Part shown: in pieces, positions 1 to 12,783 of the stretch
Position numbering within the stretch: the stretch's first letter is position 1
How the letters are laid out: every line of letters starts with the position of its first letter
Origin: Azolla caroliniana
Lineage: Eukaryota; Plantae; Polypodiophyta
DNA: 64,000 nucleotides
Assembly: GCA_043228905.1 (NCBI GenBank)
Contig: JBHGNT010000005.1
Span: forward strand, 124,001-188,000
Reading direction: 5' to 3'
Notes under the pieces: model-generated
Databases searched by the model: none
What the model was told of the DNA's origin: nothing
Seen by the model: the letters and a program-made list of their open reading frames with translations, nothing else
Position numbers and translations under genes: made by a program

Positions 1-2595
1 CGAAACATCATGGTCTCTCTGTCACTGTCTGCATCCAGATGTATGCACTCCAGCACCACATCACCTTGTACAGCACATTGGATGTCGATTTTCACAACAT
101 CGCAATCAACCTGAAATGTTAAATTTCAGTTGAAATATTTCATCTAAGTAGCATGATTTCTCAGCACACCAGTAATATCACAATTACTCAGAACACCTGC
201 AATATCATGATTTCTCAACACAGCAGTAACATTAGTGTACACAACGCAGATGGTAGAAGAGAGCAGGAAACAAAGTGACATGGCCTTTTTAATCGTTTAT
301 TTCCTTTCCCATCCTCTTTTGTCACTCCCCATCCCATTTCCTGCCCCCACCTTGAAGTGCAGAAAAGTAACACCACTAAATACAGGCAAAGAACAGCTCA
401 GGTAACAGCAAAACAATACGACAAAATAGCATAACTAGGATAGATGATACACAAGCACATTATTTTTGAAAATAAAATAAATTTTTTTTCTTTTAAATTT
501 CTAGAAATTAGTTATCTGAATATTAGGATGTTCATACATAGTTCATCAAATCTCACAAGCACTAATCTGTCAGTGGGTTTCATAGAGAATATGATGAGTA
601 TACATTCATTGCACATCCCAATACCACATTATGAACACTGAGAAAAACAGGTGCCAACCTGCCAGTAATATCATAATTATCCTACTAACAAATATCTGAA
701 CATTTGAAGGTTTTACCCAATAACAGCTCGAATTCAAGAGGTAATGAGGCCTCCAGTTCAAATTATAAAAGTGATTTGCGAATATTGTAGGTGCAAATTA
801 CACTGAACTCAAGTATTAACGAATATTGATGCACATCTCAATAAAAGTGTAGAATGGTAAGAAGTGCCTACCTACTGATAATACCATATTGTTGTATTAA
901 TAGATACAATAACATTATGAAGCTTAAAACATCTCAAATTTTGCAACAAACATTGAAACTACCTCTGGGGGGTCCATATGAAAATTTAGAGAGAGACACC
1001 TATATCTCCAGTATTACAAGTTTAGGAAAATGACACAAACTGGATTTTTTTAACATTGTATAGCCCTAGTTTCATAAAGAATGCAGGATGCCTGGACTCA
1101 AAATTACTATCATTAAACAATGTATTGAATCAACCAAAAATATCCATTGCACAATTTTAAAACACTTTTTTCAAGAATATTAAATGAAGATTCAACCTGA
1201 CGATAATGCCGGATCGTTTTATTTTTCTTTCCTTGTGAGAACAGCATGTGTGTATTGTAAGATCCAAGACCACCACCACCTTCAGGATCTCGTCCATAGA
1301 TTCTCACAACAGGCCTACAACCTCCTTGTGTATCAAAGGTAGGGACAACTCTAAGGATAAGGCAATCCATGGTAAGAGCGCGTTCTACAGGCGGCCATTC
1401 AGGCACATTATTCCTTCTAGCCACATATTGCATATACCGGAGCTGAGAAGGCACCGGATTGAGAGGTGTTAAAAGCTGTAATAACCCTCGAGGGGCCTCC
1501 TTGTGAATCATCTCTAATGTTCTTTGTTCCCCTGTTTGAAGCTTTCTATAGATGAAAAAGCAAGCCATGATAAAAGCTAATAGAGGCCACCCACCTCTCT
1601 CACAATTTATCAATAAGATATTTGATGGCTTAGAAAGCCAGCTATCACTTGTTCTTAAGAAATGATGAATTATGACCATGGGTAAGAGAGGGCAACCTTC
1701 ATATTGCCTTGGGTAATCAATCACTGTGACATCATATTGGGATAAGATCTCAGAAAACTTGCTCTTCTTCTCCCCTTCTCTGAAATTGCAAGCCATGAAG
1801 GCGGATGATGCCGGGAATTCCTCATGAATCTGAGTCGCAATGTGTCGTAGAAATATCCTGAAGACCTCGTCCTCGAGAACCTCAGTCGAGAAACAGAGAT
1901 CAAAAACTGCAGAAAGATCGGAGACATTTCAAAATTCTATATCCTATTGTCCAATTCACCAATCAAGCCAACCCAGATCAAAAAGAAGGAAAATTGGGTG
2001 TTATAAATCCTACATTGGTATTCTAATTCTAAATCACTCATCATATTGAAACAGAGAAAATGATTACAAGAAAAAGACTTAAGCATTCTGAATCCTAAAT
2101 TCTAGTTCCAAATCAAACCAGTTGAATAAATATCAACGAGAAAAAAAACAGAAAGAAGCTTAGATGTTCTATATCTTAAATTTTAGTTCTAAAATCAATC
2201 ATCGAGTAGTACCAGAGAAAATGAAAACAATAGATAACAGAAGGTAGCTGTAGGTGTTCTAAGCTATAGTTCTAAATTATCCTTCAAATCAAACCAGAGA
2301 GAAAGATCAAGAGAAAAATAGTAAAAAGTAGGCATTCTAAATCCTAAATTCTAGTTCTAAAAACACTTATCAAATCAAACCAGAGAGAGATCAACAGAAG
2401 TGCTAACAAGAAAAGTTATTCTCAGACCTGAATTTTATATATCTAAAAATCTCCAATCAAGAGTAAAACAAGAGAAACATCGGCAGGAAAGAACAGATAT
2501 AACCAACAGAAAGATTGCTAACCATAGACTCGATCGGAGAGCTCGAGGAGGCCATCCGGTGGGCGGCGATAGAAAGCTCTGCGGAAAAGAGACAT
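1..2595 (-). CDS. FH14: Class II formin, N-terminal PTEN-like phosphatase/C2 domain (FH14-like); 5' part only, gene runs off the left edge
   Basis: Exons with GT-AG boundaries: 2595-2523 (MSLFRRAFYRRPPDGLLELSDRVY), 1906-1197 (VFDLCFSTEVL...NFREGEKKS...YPRQYEGCPLLP...NCERGGWPLLAF...PLNPVPSQLRY...WPPVERAL...HYRQ) and 110-1 (VDCDVVKIDIQCAVQGDVVLECIHLD...MMFR). Phases are consistent and the motifs are those of plant class II formins. The symbol denotes likeness, not proven orthology. Confidence 0.93.
1995..2465. repeat. Degenerate ~85-bp tandem array (about 6 units) in formin intron 1
   Basis: Recurrent core (g)ttct.aatcctaaattctagttc.aaatcaaaccag.gagaaa near 2000, 2085, 2165, 2255, 2333 and 2417. 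Confidence 0.7.
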
Positions 2596-3292
2596 GGGGG
2601 AGGCGGAAGCATAACCTCCAAATAAACCCTAAAGGAGGAAGACCAAAACCCTAAAAGGGAAACCCAGAAGAAGGAGAAGGGGGGGGGGGGGGGGGGCAGA
2701 AGGGAGAAAGCAATGAAGAGAAAGGTGGAAGGAAAATGAGAATGAGAATGAGAAGGGGAAGGGGAAGGGGGAAAAGGAAGGAGAAGAAGAGAGTAATGGT
2801 AATGGTGGTGGTTTGGAGCTTAAAAGAATGAATGGGGACCCATTTTGAATTCCATGTCTTATTTGTGAGCGCTTGTGTGTGTGTGTGTGTGTGTGTACTC
2901 CCTTCCCTCCCCATGCTCTCTACTTTTACTACCTTTTCCATTCACCACATTCTCCTCTATTTGGACCCTTGGTCCTCCACCCAAACAAAATCCATACTCT
3001 GTTCTGTGTCTCTCTTGTCCACTTGTCTCGTCGCATATGTTTTCATGCAGATCTCGTGTTGGGGGTGCATTGGGGTTCCTTCTGGATATCCTCCTTTGTT
3101 CATTGCACTGATATCACATGTCTCACTAGATCTATGGTCCAATATCCTTCATTGAGAACTTGTCTCCACTAGGTCCAATACTTCTTGCATCAAGAATCCT
3201 CAATCATAGATCAACTACAATTGTTACATTTGAGATGCATGCAAGCCACGCTCCTATGTTAAGTGAAAGCTTCATAAGCTTTCTCTCGCTCT

Positions 3293-3394
3293 ATGTGCAT
3301 ACATACATATACATATACATATACATATAAATATACATATACATACATACATATACATATACATATACATATAAATATACATATACATACATAC

Positions 3395-3428
<34 letters not shown>
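3293..3428. repeat. Compound (TACA/TATA)n plus (GA)n microsatellite
   Basis: Directly visible simple repeats. Confidence 0.9.
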
Positions 3429-3432
<4 letters not shown>

Positions 3433-4212
3433 AATAGCCTAATTATGCACTTCCATAGTGGACAACTCACCATGTCCATTCCTAGACATCATACAATATA
3501 TCTACATGTGCTAAATTCATCACATGTGAGCATGTTGAGATATTTTACGATAGACCCATGGTCTTAAACTCCCTTTGCTCTAAGTGACTTTCTCGATTTT
3601 TCGTGCATGAGATCATCAACTTGTGATTCATGAAGGAGCCCATGATCATCATTTTCAATGTGAAACTAACTTTGTCATGTGACAAACTCTCGTAAAATGG
3701 AATTAGCTTCATATTGTGACAAACACCCATCAAGACAACAAACTTGTCATAGCCAAATATAAAATGGAACTAACTTAATGATGCAAGAGGGAATTCTATA
3801 TCGGCAACAAGTTGATGAATTTGCACATGTGATGAGCTTTATGTGTTGTTACCTAGTCCAAAGCACAAACATGTTGCAATGTTACAAAAGTGATGTTGTA
3901 AGTTAAGCGGCATTCAAAACCATGCTTGATGTGGTAGGTGATTACGATAGATATGCCAAAAGATTTTGTAAGACAATCGTTTGATTCCCTGGTACTTAAG
4001 TTATGTAACACTTTTCACATGAAAACCTCATAGGAGTGTGTACTTGGCATAGTAAAATGATTAACAAAAGAAATAAACTCCAATTAATGATAAAATTAAA
4101 TTTGTTTTTTAAGTTACTCTCAAGATACATATGCTTCACTTAATATGCAAAACAAGGTTGTTATTAAATTTAAAATCAATATATTGTAATCCAATGCAAC
4201 ATAACCCAATAT

Positions 4213-4580
4213 CATGGTTGTTAAAAAACGCGTATTCTATGTTTAGAATACGTTTTAGAATACTTTGAAGTATTCTACACGTATTCTATGTTTTAGAAAT
4301 GCCAGTTTAAATATTTTCACGTATTCTACATATTCTAAGAATTTGATGTATTCTACGTATTTAACAAGTATTGAATATTTCAAAAATGGTTAAAATTTTA
4401 AAATTTTTTAAAAACTAGAATTTAAGAAGTATTTAACATATTTTACATGCATTCTAAGTATTTAACTATTTTATTTATAAAATACGTAGTATAAGCATTT
4501 AACCAAAGAAGAAGAATACTTGTAGAACACTTAGCATGCATATTCTATGCATATTGTATACTAAGTATTCTACAACAATG
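4213..4580. mobile_element. hAT-type MITE, 368 bp
   Basis: Imperfect TIRs CATGGTTGT...ACAACAATG. Exact 8-bp TSD CCCAATAT at 4205-4212 and 4581-4588. AT-rich interior with many TATTCTA/TAGAATA subterminal motifs. Confidence 0.85.
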
Positions 4581-5673
4581 CCCAATATGGTTGCCTCTCC
4601 AAGATTCAAATCTTCGACACCCTTAGTATCACTTAAAACACCCCAACAATCATTTTATGCGACAACCATTTTAAGCTTAGTTTTTTAACGAAATACATAA
4701 TAAAGCCAAATGCATTTCTCGATTGTGAGGTATTTTCTCATGGTATCTCTTGTCTTAACTTCACATCACTCTTGCAAGAACTATTTCAACCAAAACCGAT
4801 GTAAAAAGTGGCCTTTTTTCAAGAACATTCTTATGATGGAGCTTAATAGGTCTTCAAAATCAAATCCTTTAGCTAGTTAGGTATAGTAGAATGGGTAGTC
4901 AAAATTATATTCTTTCAAATGAGCTTAGATATAGAGAATGAAGAAATGTCCAATGAATACAATAACTAGCCAATGGTGATATTATTTTGGTTTATTTGAT
5001 TATTCATAAACTACAGAAGCCAACTACATGCTTAATCCACCTATATTCTGTACATTTGCATTTAAAAGTTAGATAACGACATGATAAAGATATCAAGCAA
5101 ACTTGTAGTTTCAAAATTCTCTTGAATTAAGAAACGACACAAACAATATCAACACCATTTCCTTCTATGATAAAGCATGCAGAAGTACTCCCAAATAAGC
5201 AAAACACATTATGTGCAAATTGTGGTGCCTCTTATTTGGGAAACATTGGTGAATCAACCTTCAGAAACCAATAATACACAAAAGAATTAGTAGGCAGAAA
5301 ATTCACAACAAGGTATAAATAATGAGAACTATTAAAAATCATGTGGATAAACAGCATATGTTTATGTAGGACTTACAGCTTTACATGTTACTTTTGAAAC
5401 TAGGGCACCGAAAACAATAGCTTCACCTCACTAAGAGGCAATATTAAAAAGAAGAATTACTATATCGATTTGTATCACAAATACTAATCCACCCTCATTA
5501 CATGTTGTACAAATATATGTCAGAGCATATTAGAAGGATCGTGAAAAAAATATCATGTCAGAGACTGAGGTTCACCAAAAAGTTAGTACTCGAGAAGAGA
5601 AATCAGCCCTTCAAACGAGAAAGAATACAATGAACCATCAGTTGTTACATCAAGGCTGAATCGTTGAGCCTCA

Positions 5674-6939
5674 TCATGGGAATGGCACAATCATATCTAA
5701 CCTTGGTTCAAAGAAAAAGCCCCTGATCCGCTTACAAGAACCCAATGGTGGAAGCGGGCACTCGCTAAACCAATGCCAAAGCTTCTTCGATGCATCATAA
5801 AGTAACCATCTCTGCTGCTTTTGTGCTGAAAAGGTAATGAAATTTCCATGTCCAAAACATTGGAAGCTTTCTGCTGATGATTTAAGCAGTGTCTTAAACA
5901 TCACATGAGGCATTCTCCCGATCTCGATCCAATCCATGTGTTTACGATCAAGCTTCCATAATTGCATGCTTTGATGAACGCTATACAGGCCCACTCTACC
6001 CACAAGTAAGAGGGACTCTCCATCAACACCGGCCACTAAAAAAGCATCTAAAAGAGATCGAGGCATTCTTATCGGTACAGACTCCCACACTCCTCGGTCA
6101 ATATCAAATGCAACCAAGCCACAAGGCGATAGGGTCAGGCAATAAAGCATTCCGTTACAAAAAGCCGACTTTAATGAATGTAGGTTTCCAATGGGCATGC
6201 TATCAAAGATGGACCAACTATCAGATCTCGAGTCATAGACTTCTGTCGGCATTATCCGATTACTTCCTGAATAGCTACAATCACCAGCAGTGACAATCCG
6301 AAAGCATCTTGATTTCTTATCCACAAACATGTTCACGAACCCTAGTTGTCTTGTGTGATGCATATCTGGAAGGCGCTTCCACTCCTTTCGGAAAGGATTA
6401 CATACAAAGAGCTCATCGTGACGACCTTCTAAGCCAGCAAAACACAGCAAACCTCCAGCACTAGCAATCACTGAATGAGCCTTTTTCGGAATAAAAGACA
6501 ATGGGAGAGAATGCCATGCATTCATTGGGTAGCTATACACTGCACTTTGCCATGTTTCTCCATTCTTTTGAGTCATGAGAAAACATGGGCCATGTGAAGG
6601 GAGCTGTGAGAGGAGCTTAAGGAAGCCATGTTCATTCACTATAGAATGCCAACGTTTGCAGACTCCTCGAAGGCGGAAGAGACAGATGGGAGGTAGCCAT
6701 GCAAGGATTCTATCCACTAATTCTTCGGGCAAACCTCCCCATACCAAACCTTCTAGTGTTATTTCTTTAGGAGAGGTTGAGCCCGGAGAGACCACAGCTT
6801 CTTCTTCAAGTCCTCGAGGCTTTGTTTTTAGCCGTCGAAAGATCTTCTGCGGACTGTTAGTTGAATCACCACAAACCATAGACTCGGTTGCAACTTGCAA
6901 CTCTAAGCCAATCGAAGACTTCTCATTCAAGGTCTCCAT
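5674..6939 (-). CDS. F-box/kelch-repeat protein, At5g15710-like
   Basis: Intronless 421-aa ORF. F-box LPEELVDRILAWLP...VCKRW, followed by SHGPC, GGLLCFAGLEG, PTEVYDS, MPRSLLDAFLVAG, LVGRVGLYSVHQSM, SAESFQCFG and FFEPRLD, the motif series of the At5g15710 clade. Probable 5'UTR intron from about 8180 (or 8103) to 7171. Confidence 0.92.
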   Translation of the reverse strand: METLNEKSSIGLELQVATESMVCGDSTNSPQKIFRRLKTKPRGLEEEAVVSPGSTSPKEITLEGLVWGGLPEELVDRILAWLPPICLFRLRGVCKRWHSIVNEHGFLKLLSQLPSHGPCFLMTQKNGETWQSAVYSYPMNAWHSLPLSFIPKKAHSVIASAGGLLCFAGLEGRHDELFVCNPFRKEWKRLPDMHHTRQLGFVNMFVDKKSRCFRIVTAGDCSYSGSNRIMPTEVYDSRSDSWSIFDSMPIGNLHSLKSAFCNGMLYCLTLSPCGLVAFDIDRGVWESVPIRMPRSLLDAFLVAGVDGESLLLVGRVGLYSVHQSMQLWKLDRKHMDWIEIGRMPHVMFKTLLKSSAESFQCFGHGNFITFSAQKQQRWLLYDASKKLWHWFSECPLPPLGSCKRIRGFFFEPRLDMIVPFP

Positions 6940-7389
6940 AAGAAGTTGTATTTCTAATCCTTCTGAACAAGAGAAAATCCTATCTCCATGAAAAAGTTGT
7001 ACTTCGATGCACTATTTTGTAGCACTTCCGCATTACATTTGTATCTGTGTAAAAAGGTGAACTCCACACGGTTTTCCTGGAATCAGAAACTCTTTATCAA
7101 TATCCTCAGCTCCTACCCCAACCCCTTCTTTTCTTGGCATCTTAACTGATCAAGAAACTATCATATTCACCTACAAAAATCTTCTCATAATTCCAATAAA
7201 CTCTTGACATATTTATTCATCTTATAAAATCGTAAATATTTGAACTCAAGCTATATACAAATACTAAAACAATGGTTACGCCTGAACAAAAGCTATACAG
7301 ATAGGTTGTGGAACTTACAGGTGTTCTTCAATCCGATTTTCCAAAATTTGGTCCTGGGAGTTTCTCTCTGAATTGTTCTAGGAAATCCT

Positions 7390-7900
7390 ACACCCACATC
7401 CATCTCACCTCAGCCGATACATATCCACATCCATAATCTCATCTCTGACAACATATATACATATCCATATAGAAGAAATAAATATCCACATAAATCTCGT
7501 CTTAGGGTACACATATACATGCGTATATGCATACATATAACCCATATCTATATGCATCCCATGTCATGAAACACATACCCACAACCATCCAGTGTAAGAA
7601 AAGAACATACCCAAGACCCATTTATGCATCCGCCTCATCAAAGAGAGCCCGCATCCACATATGCCATATCTTAAAGTACACATACCCATGTCCATCTCTT
7701 CTCATTAAAACACATGTTGACGTTCATCTCACTAAAGAAACAGAAATCCACGTCCGTTTCCATATGATCTCGGAGATCCCACATCCACATGAATCTCATG
7801 TGACCCAAAATCTATTTCATTTGTGAGAAACCATATCCACATCTATTTTGTCTCAGATCAATCCATACTGATATCCATCTCAGGGAAACCATATCCTCAT
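7390..7900. repeat. Degenerate ATCCACAT/ATCCAT-rich repeat tract in the putative 5'UTR intron of the F-box gene
   Basis: Many atccac(at)/catatcc/cccat motifs at irregular spacing. Confidence 0.5.
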
Positions 7901-8745
7901 ACGTCTCTAAAGACTCAAGATTTACTCTAGGAGGTGAGACCGATTGTCCACCAAAATAAGAGGGCTCGAAGCATCCCAATTTCGGTTTATTTGGAGAAAA
8001 CACTGATCTGATAAATGAAACGAACCCAAAGAATAGAAATAATCGAAAACACAACTCTACAGAGAGAGAGAGGGGGGGGGGAGGAAGAGAGAAATCAACA
8101 AACCTTCGCAGACGCCAAGGCCACAGTCTGTTGTAAGAACAGGGAGAGAGATTAAAACAGTTGTTTTTTTTTCTTTTCACCTTGTACAACATTGATGATG
8201 AAGGAGATTAGAACACAATTAGAGAAAATTACAATAATGGACTTCTAGACTAAAGAGGCTGTTCTGTGTGTGTGTGAGTGTGTGTGTGAGTGTGAGAGAG
8301 AGAGAGAGAGAAAGAGGGATCCATTCACATCAAAAGGAATTCCTTTGCTTTCAATAAAAGAGTCATGATTTTTGTGCCTTCAAGTGTGCACCAAAAGCAA
8401 AAGGTTTCCATCTCTCTCAATTTAGCTACATTGTGGGTAGGTACATCACTTACATCTCGTTCAGGTGCGTGGACAGTGGTTAATTGCATTTCCGGCATCA
8501 ACTATAGATACATACACTAGCACCCTTTCTTGAGTTGTGTGAGCAATGGTTAGATCCCTCTTGAATATCGGAAACATTAGTAAAACCTTGGCATCAAACT
8601 CCTTAACTCTTTCGACAAGTTAAGTTCCCACCCATGAGTATCGTTGTAATAATGTGTACTACCTACTTGTTGGTTAGATTGGTGAAGTGGGTCAAAAACC
8701 TCATCTTGTAATGATACATAGGCATCTCTAATCCATACCTACAAA

Positions 8746-9217
8746 TAACAATCGGCAACAATTCGGTTCGGTTTGAGAGGGTCCAAACCGAACTGTTTAA
8801 ATTTTTTGAAACCTGAACCAAACCATGAAACCAAACCATTAAACCTTTTTCAAACCGTTAAACCATAAAACGGTGGTTTCGTGGTTCGGTTTCAGTTTTC
8901 AACATAGGTTAATTTTTTAAATTTTATAATATTTTATTTTTAAAATTTTTAAGATGTTCCTAAAATGTGAAAATAAGGTCTAAAAATGAAAAGATTGTTT
9001 AAAAACATTTTTAAAAAACATTTACAATTTTTTTAAAAAGAAATAAAAGATAAAAAACAAAAAACCGTTAAACCGTTTAAAGCGCGGTTTTTTACTAATG
9101 AAACCGAACCGAACCGTTAAAAAAAACCCAAACCTGAACCGAACCGTTAAACCGCGGTTTCGCGGTTCGGTTCGGTTCGGTTCGGTTCGGTTCAAACCGA
9201 ACCGTTGCCAATTGTTA
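8746..9217. mobile_element. hAT-type MITE, 472 bp, with AACCG/CGGTT subterminal repeats
   Basis: TIRs TAACAATCGGCAAC...GTTGCCAATTGTTA. Exact 8-bp TSD CCTACAAA at 8738-8745 and 9218-9225. Arrays of aaccg/cggtt inside both ends. Confidence 0.9.
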
Positions 9218-10169
9218 CCTACAAAGCATTTTGCTTTGCATGTTGTATTCGTTGACCCCAACTTGTGTTTAAATTCACAAAATTAGAATTAATGGGCATA
9301 GAGTTTTAATATTTGAAGCGGAGTGTTGAAAACCATAGAAGAAATGAATGGTTACAAGCATATGTACAACTTTGCATTCATAGGTCATATATATAGAAGA
9401 ATTATGTCATGGGAAACCATATGAACCACCAATGTCCAAAAGAGTATGGTTTGTGAAAAGACCTAAATGTAGTTGGTGTATAATGGGATTATTACCCTCT
9501 TTGATTCTCACCATCCACATATAGATCTCCCCACTCTATCGCAACAATGCTTCAATGTTCCCATCGGAAGACCACTAGCAAAAGCCACAATATCTGCATA
9601 TTCCTTCTTTCGCATGGTATGGTACATTATGTAAATGGATGGGCCTTTGCCATGGAATATTTGGTTGGCTCAATTGTCTTATGTTTAATCTTCTACCGTT
9701 TCATTAATATTCCCTTAATTACGCATGAATTACGTTGTTGTAATCCTAACACTTGTGAGAGTCATTAAAGAGGTTGGCTATATTACCGGTTACTAGCCAC
9801 AATCCTAAAATCATAATAACACTTTAAACTATTGAATGAGTTAGCATGTAGACTTGCAATTGTGGACAATCATCTAATCTATTTCCTAACCACCATCTTT
9901 TGTTGTTGCATCCCTGTTAAATCATGGGTTATGATGTGGTCTCCATAAGTATAGTTTCACTCAAGTTGGTGAACAATGGGATAAAACAAGTGGTAACGTA
10001 AGACATATAGAGGTGGAATTCAACGGGAATTCAACACATAAATCTACCTAAAAGTAGACACACTCACATTGTGCTATTAATAAGGATATAATAAGAAACT
10101 CATACACAAATAATACATAATTAAGCAAAGATAAAAAGACTCATATATAAATAGTTGAAGTCTTGATTG

Positions 10170-12783
10170 GGACTTCATGGATGGTTCATTTTTGAGATTA
10201 GGCTTTCCACTCCAATGGATTAGGGTTGTAGCTTCGTTGTATCGTGAGGCTTTTAGTTTGGTCTTGGTAGTTGGTGGGCAAACTAGAAAATTCTCTATTT
10301 TGCATTCTGTATGTCAAGGTTGTCCATTGGCCCCATCCTTGTTTTTTATAGTAGTGGAAACATTTTCAATGTATTTAAATTCTTCTCAAGTTTCTCTTAA
10401 GGGTTTGCCTTTGCCCTCAATGCAACAACAATTGTTGGATTCAGAATTTGCTAATGATACAACAATTTATGTCTAAGGTAATGATGATAATTTAAGAAAA
10501 TTACAAGTAGCGGTAGAGGAATTCTGGTTGGCCTCTGGAGCAAAGATAAATTGGCATAAATCTCTTGGTTTTTGTGTATCGCCAAATACGTTGCCTACTT
10601 GGATGCCTTCGCAGGAATTCAAATGGGTTCCTGATGGAACCACTATTCGTTACTTGGGTTGCCAAGTGGGACTTCACGTTAATGCGGGATGTGTTAGTTG
10701 CACCACTACTTTTAAAGTTAAGGAGAAATTTGTTGCTTTGGGATTCGGTTGACCTATCATTTGCAGGTCGCGTACTTGTAGCTAATCAAGTCCTTCTTGC
10801 AACTATTTGGTATATTGCTTCTACTACGTTGTTTGCTAGGTCATGTATTTTGCAGGTGCAACATCTTATTCGCAATTACATTTGGGGAGGAAAAATAGGT
10901 CAAAATAAAAGTCCTAAAGTAACTTGGGCAGTATTGATTACTCCGAGATAAAGTGGTGGGTTGGGGTTGGTGGATCTGGAATCACAATGTAAGGCTTTGC
11001 TCTCTAAATTTGTGTGTAGATCTATGTTGCCAGTGCAAGGTGTTTGGAGTCAACTAATGATGCATAGGCTGTCTAATATGTGTCCGACAATAGGTGGAGT
11101 TTGACAACCCTCATTAAGGTGGGCTTTTATTCAGAATTTTCATTTCTTTAAAACATCCTTACCAGAAGATAGATTTTTTAATGGAATTCTCACAAGTTGG
11201 GATGTCGTCAAGAAATTTATGGTCCGAAAAATGCCTTTGACAATGGATGCCTTGTTGAGACAACCTTTGACCTGGAATTTTCTCTTCTCTGATGCGAGAG
11301 GTTTTTTGCTTGGTAGCCGCCCTAGGCTAAATTGGGTTGCTTTGGATGCATTAGTTGCATGTAATGTTCTTTCATGGGGATGCCATGTTATGAATCAATT
11401 GTTACAATCTTTATCAATGCATTCAGTTCGAGGGGTCGTTGTTATGTGTAATGATATGCAAGTGGCATTGGGACAATTTATGGCTTCATGGTCCCCCTCA
11501 AGTAATCGGATATGGTTTGGTTATTGTTCTCCTTTAAAATTTATTTTAGGAGCTAAAACAACTAATGTTGCGGGTGATCATTGATGCTATGTATTTTAAT
11601 GTTGATGATGATGGCAGGTTGTGGCATGTGATGTGTAGATGTCCGCCAACACTTTGGCTATTCGAGTAGTCGCAAGATCAAGGAAAAAATGGTCTTTGGA
11701 TCCACCCTTTCAAGAATGCTTGATGCATTTTTCATTGTGGGTTTTTCATAAAAAAACCTCTTCATAATTTGGATTGGGATCCGACTGATTATCAATGGAA
11801 AAAGCTGAGTTTTTGGTGGAAATGGTAAACATTTGGAGTTTTTCCAATATTCGGTTAAGCTAGGTAGAAATTTATTGTTGCAATCAAATTATAAATGCCC
11901 TACTGCCATGAAGCACAACTCGCAAAATTTTGGAAATGGTTGTGGAGCATGCAGTTGTCGAAAAAAGTTATTTGCTTTCGTTGGTGGTTGATTCATTATG
12001 ATCTTCGTGTTGGTGATTGGTTGAGACAACATCAACAATATGCTTGTGGATTACATTGTGGCGCACCTAATGGATCAATTTTGCATATGTTTTGGTTATG
12101 TCCTGGCAAGATCAATAAATTCTGGAGTAAGTTGTTTTTACTATTGAGACAACACTACTCTCATTCAATATTCTCTTGGGGTGCAGTATTGTGGGGTGTC
12201 CTTCATGGAGAGGTTATGAGGTATGAAAGTACGCATGCTTCTCATGTTTTTCATTTTTCTTATGGACACCTCTCTCTCACCTCGTTTCCTTCTTCTATTC
12301 CACGGTTCAGAATTAAAAATCTAATCATTTGGCATACTATTACATCATTGCCTCTTTGGATAATTTGGAAAGCGAGATGTGATTCTGTATTTAACAATGT
12401 CCACATACATCTCAACATTATGCTTATTGAATTCTAGACGTTGTTTGTTCACACACTACATGGTCAATATGATGATCTGCAGGGTCCGGATGATGTTCTG
12501 TGGCAACGGCAAGTGGCCTTTAAGAACCGATGGCAAGGACTTCACTTATTTTCGGATACAACTACTGGTCCAAAGTGGAATTATGCCATACCTTCTTTTA
12601 TGTTGGATAGTGGATAGTATTGTTCTACTTGTTCATATATGACATCATCTATTTGATCAGATGTACTACCTTTTGTATCTTACAATAAGAAGTGCGATGA
12701 AATGTCTCCTTTTGTGTTTTTTCTATGTAGAGTTTTCAAGTAATATACTAAGGTGCATCTTTCTTTAAAAATAAATAAATAAA
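10170..12783 (+). mobile_element. 5'-truncated, decayed L1-clade LINE (RT C-terminal half plus zf-RVT)
   Basis: Broken ORF2 pieces: DWDFM..FL.LGFP..WI, VCQGCPLAPSLF, SEFANDT, SGAKINWHKS, RYLG, LSFAGRVLVANQVL, GGLGL.D, zinc knuckle C..HCG...SILHMFWLCP and LWIIWKARCDSVF. (TAAA)n tail. 15-bp TSD TTGAAG(T/C)CTTGATTG at 10155-10169 and 12784-12798, one mismatch. Confidence 0.92.
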
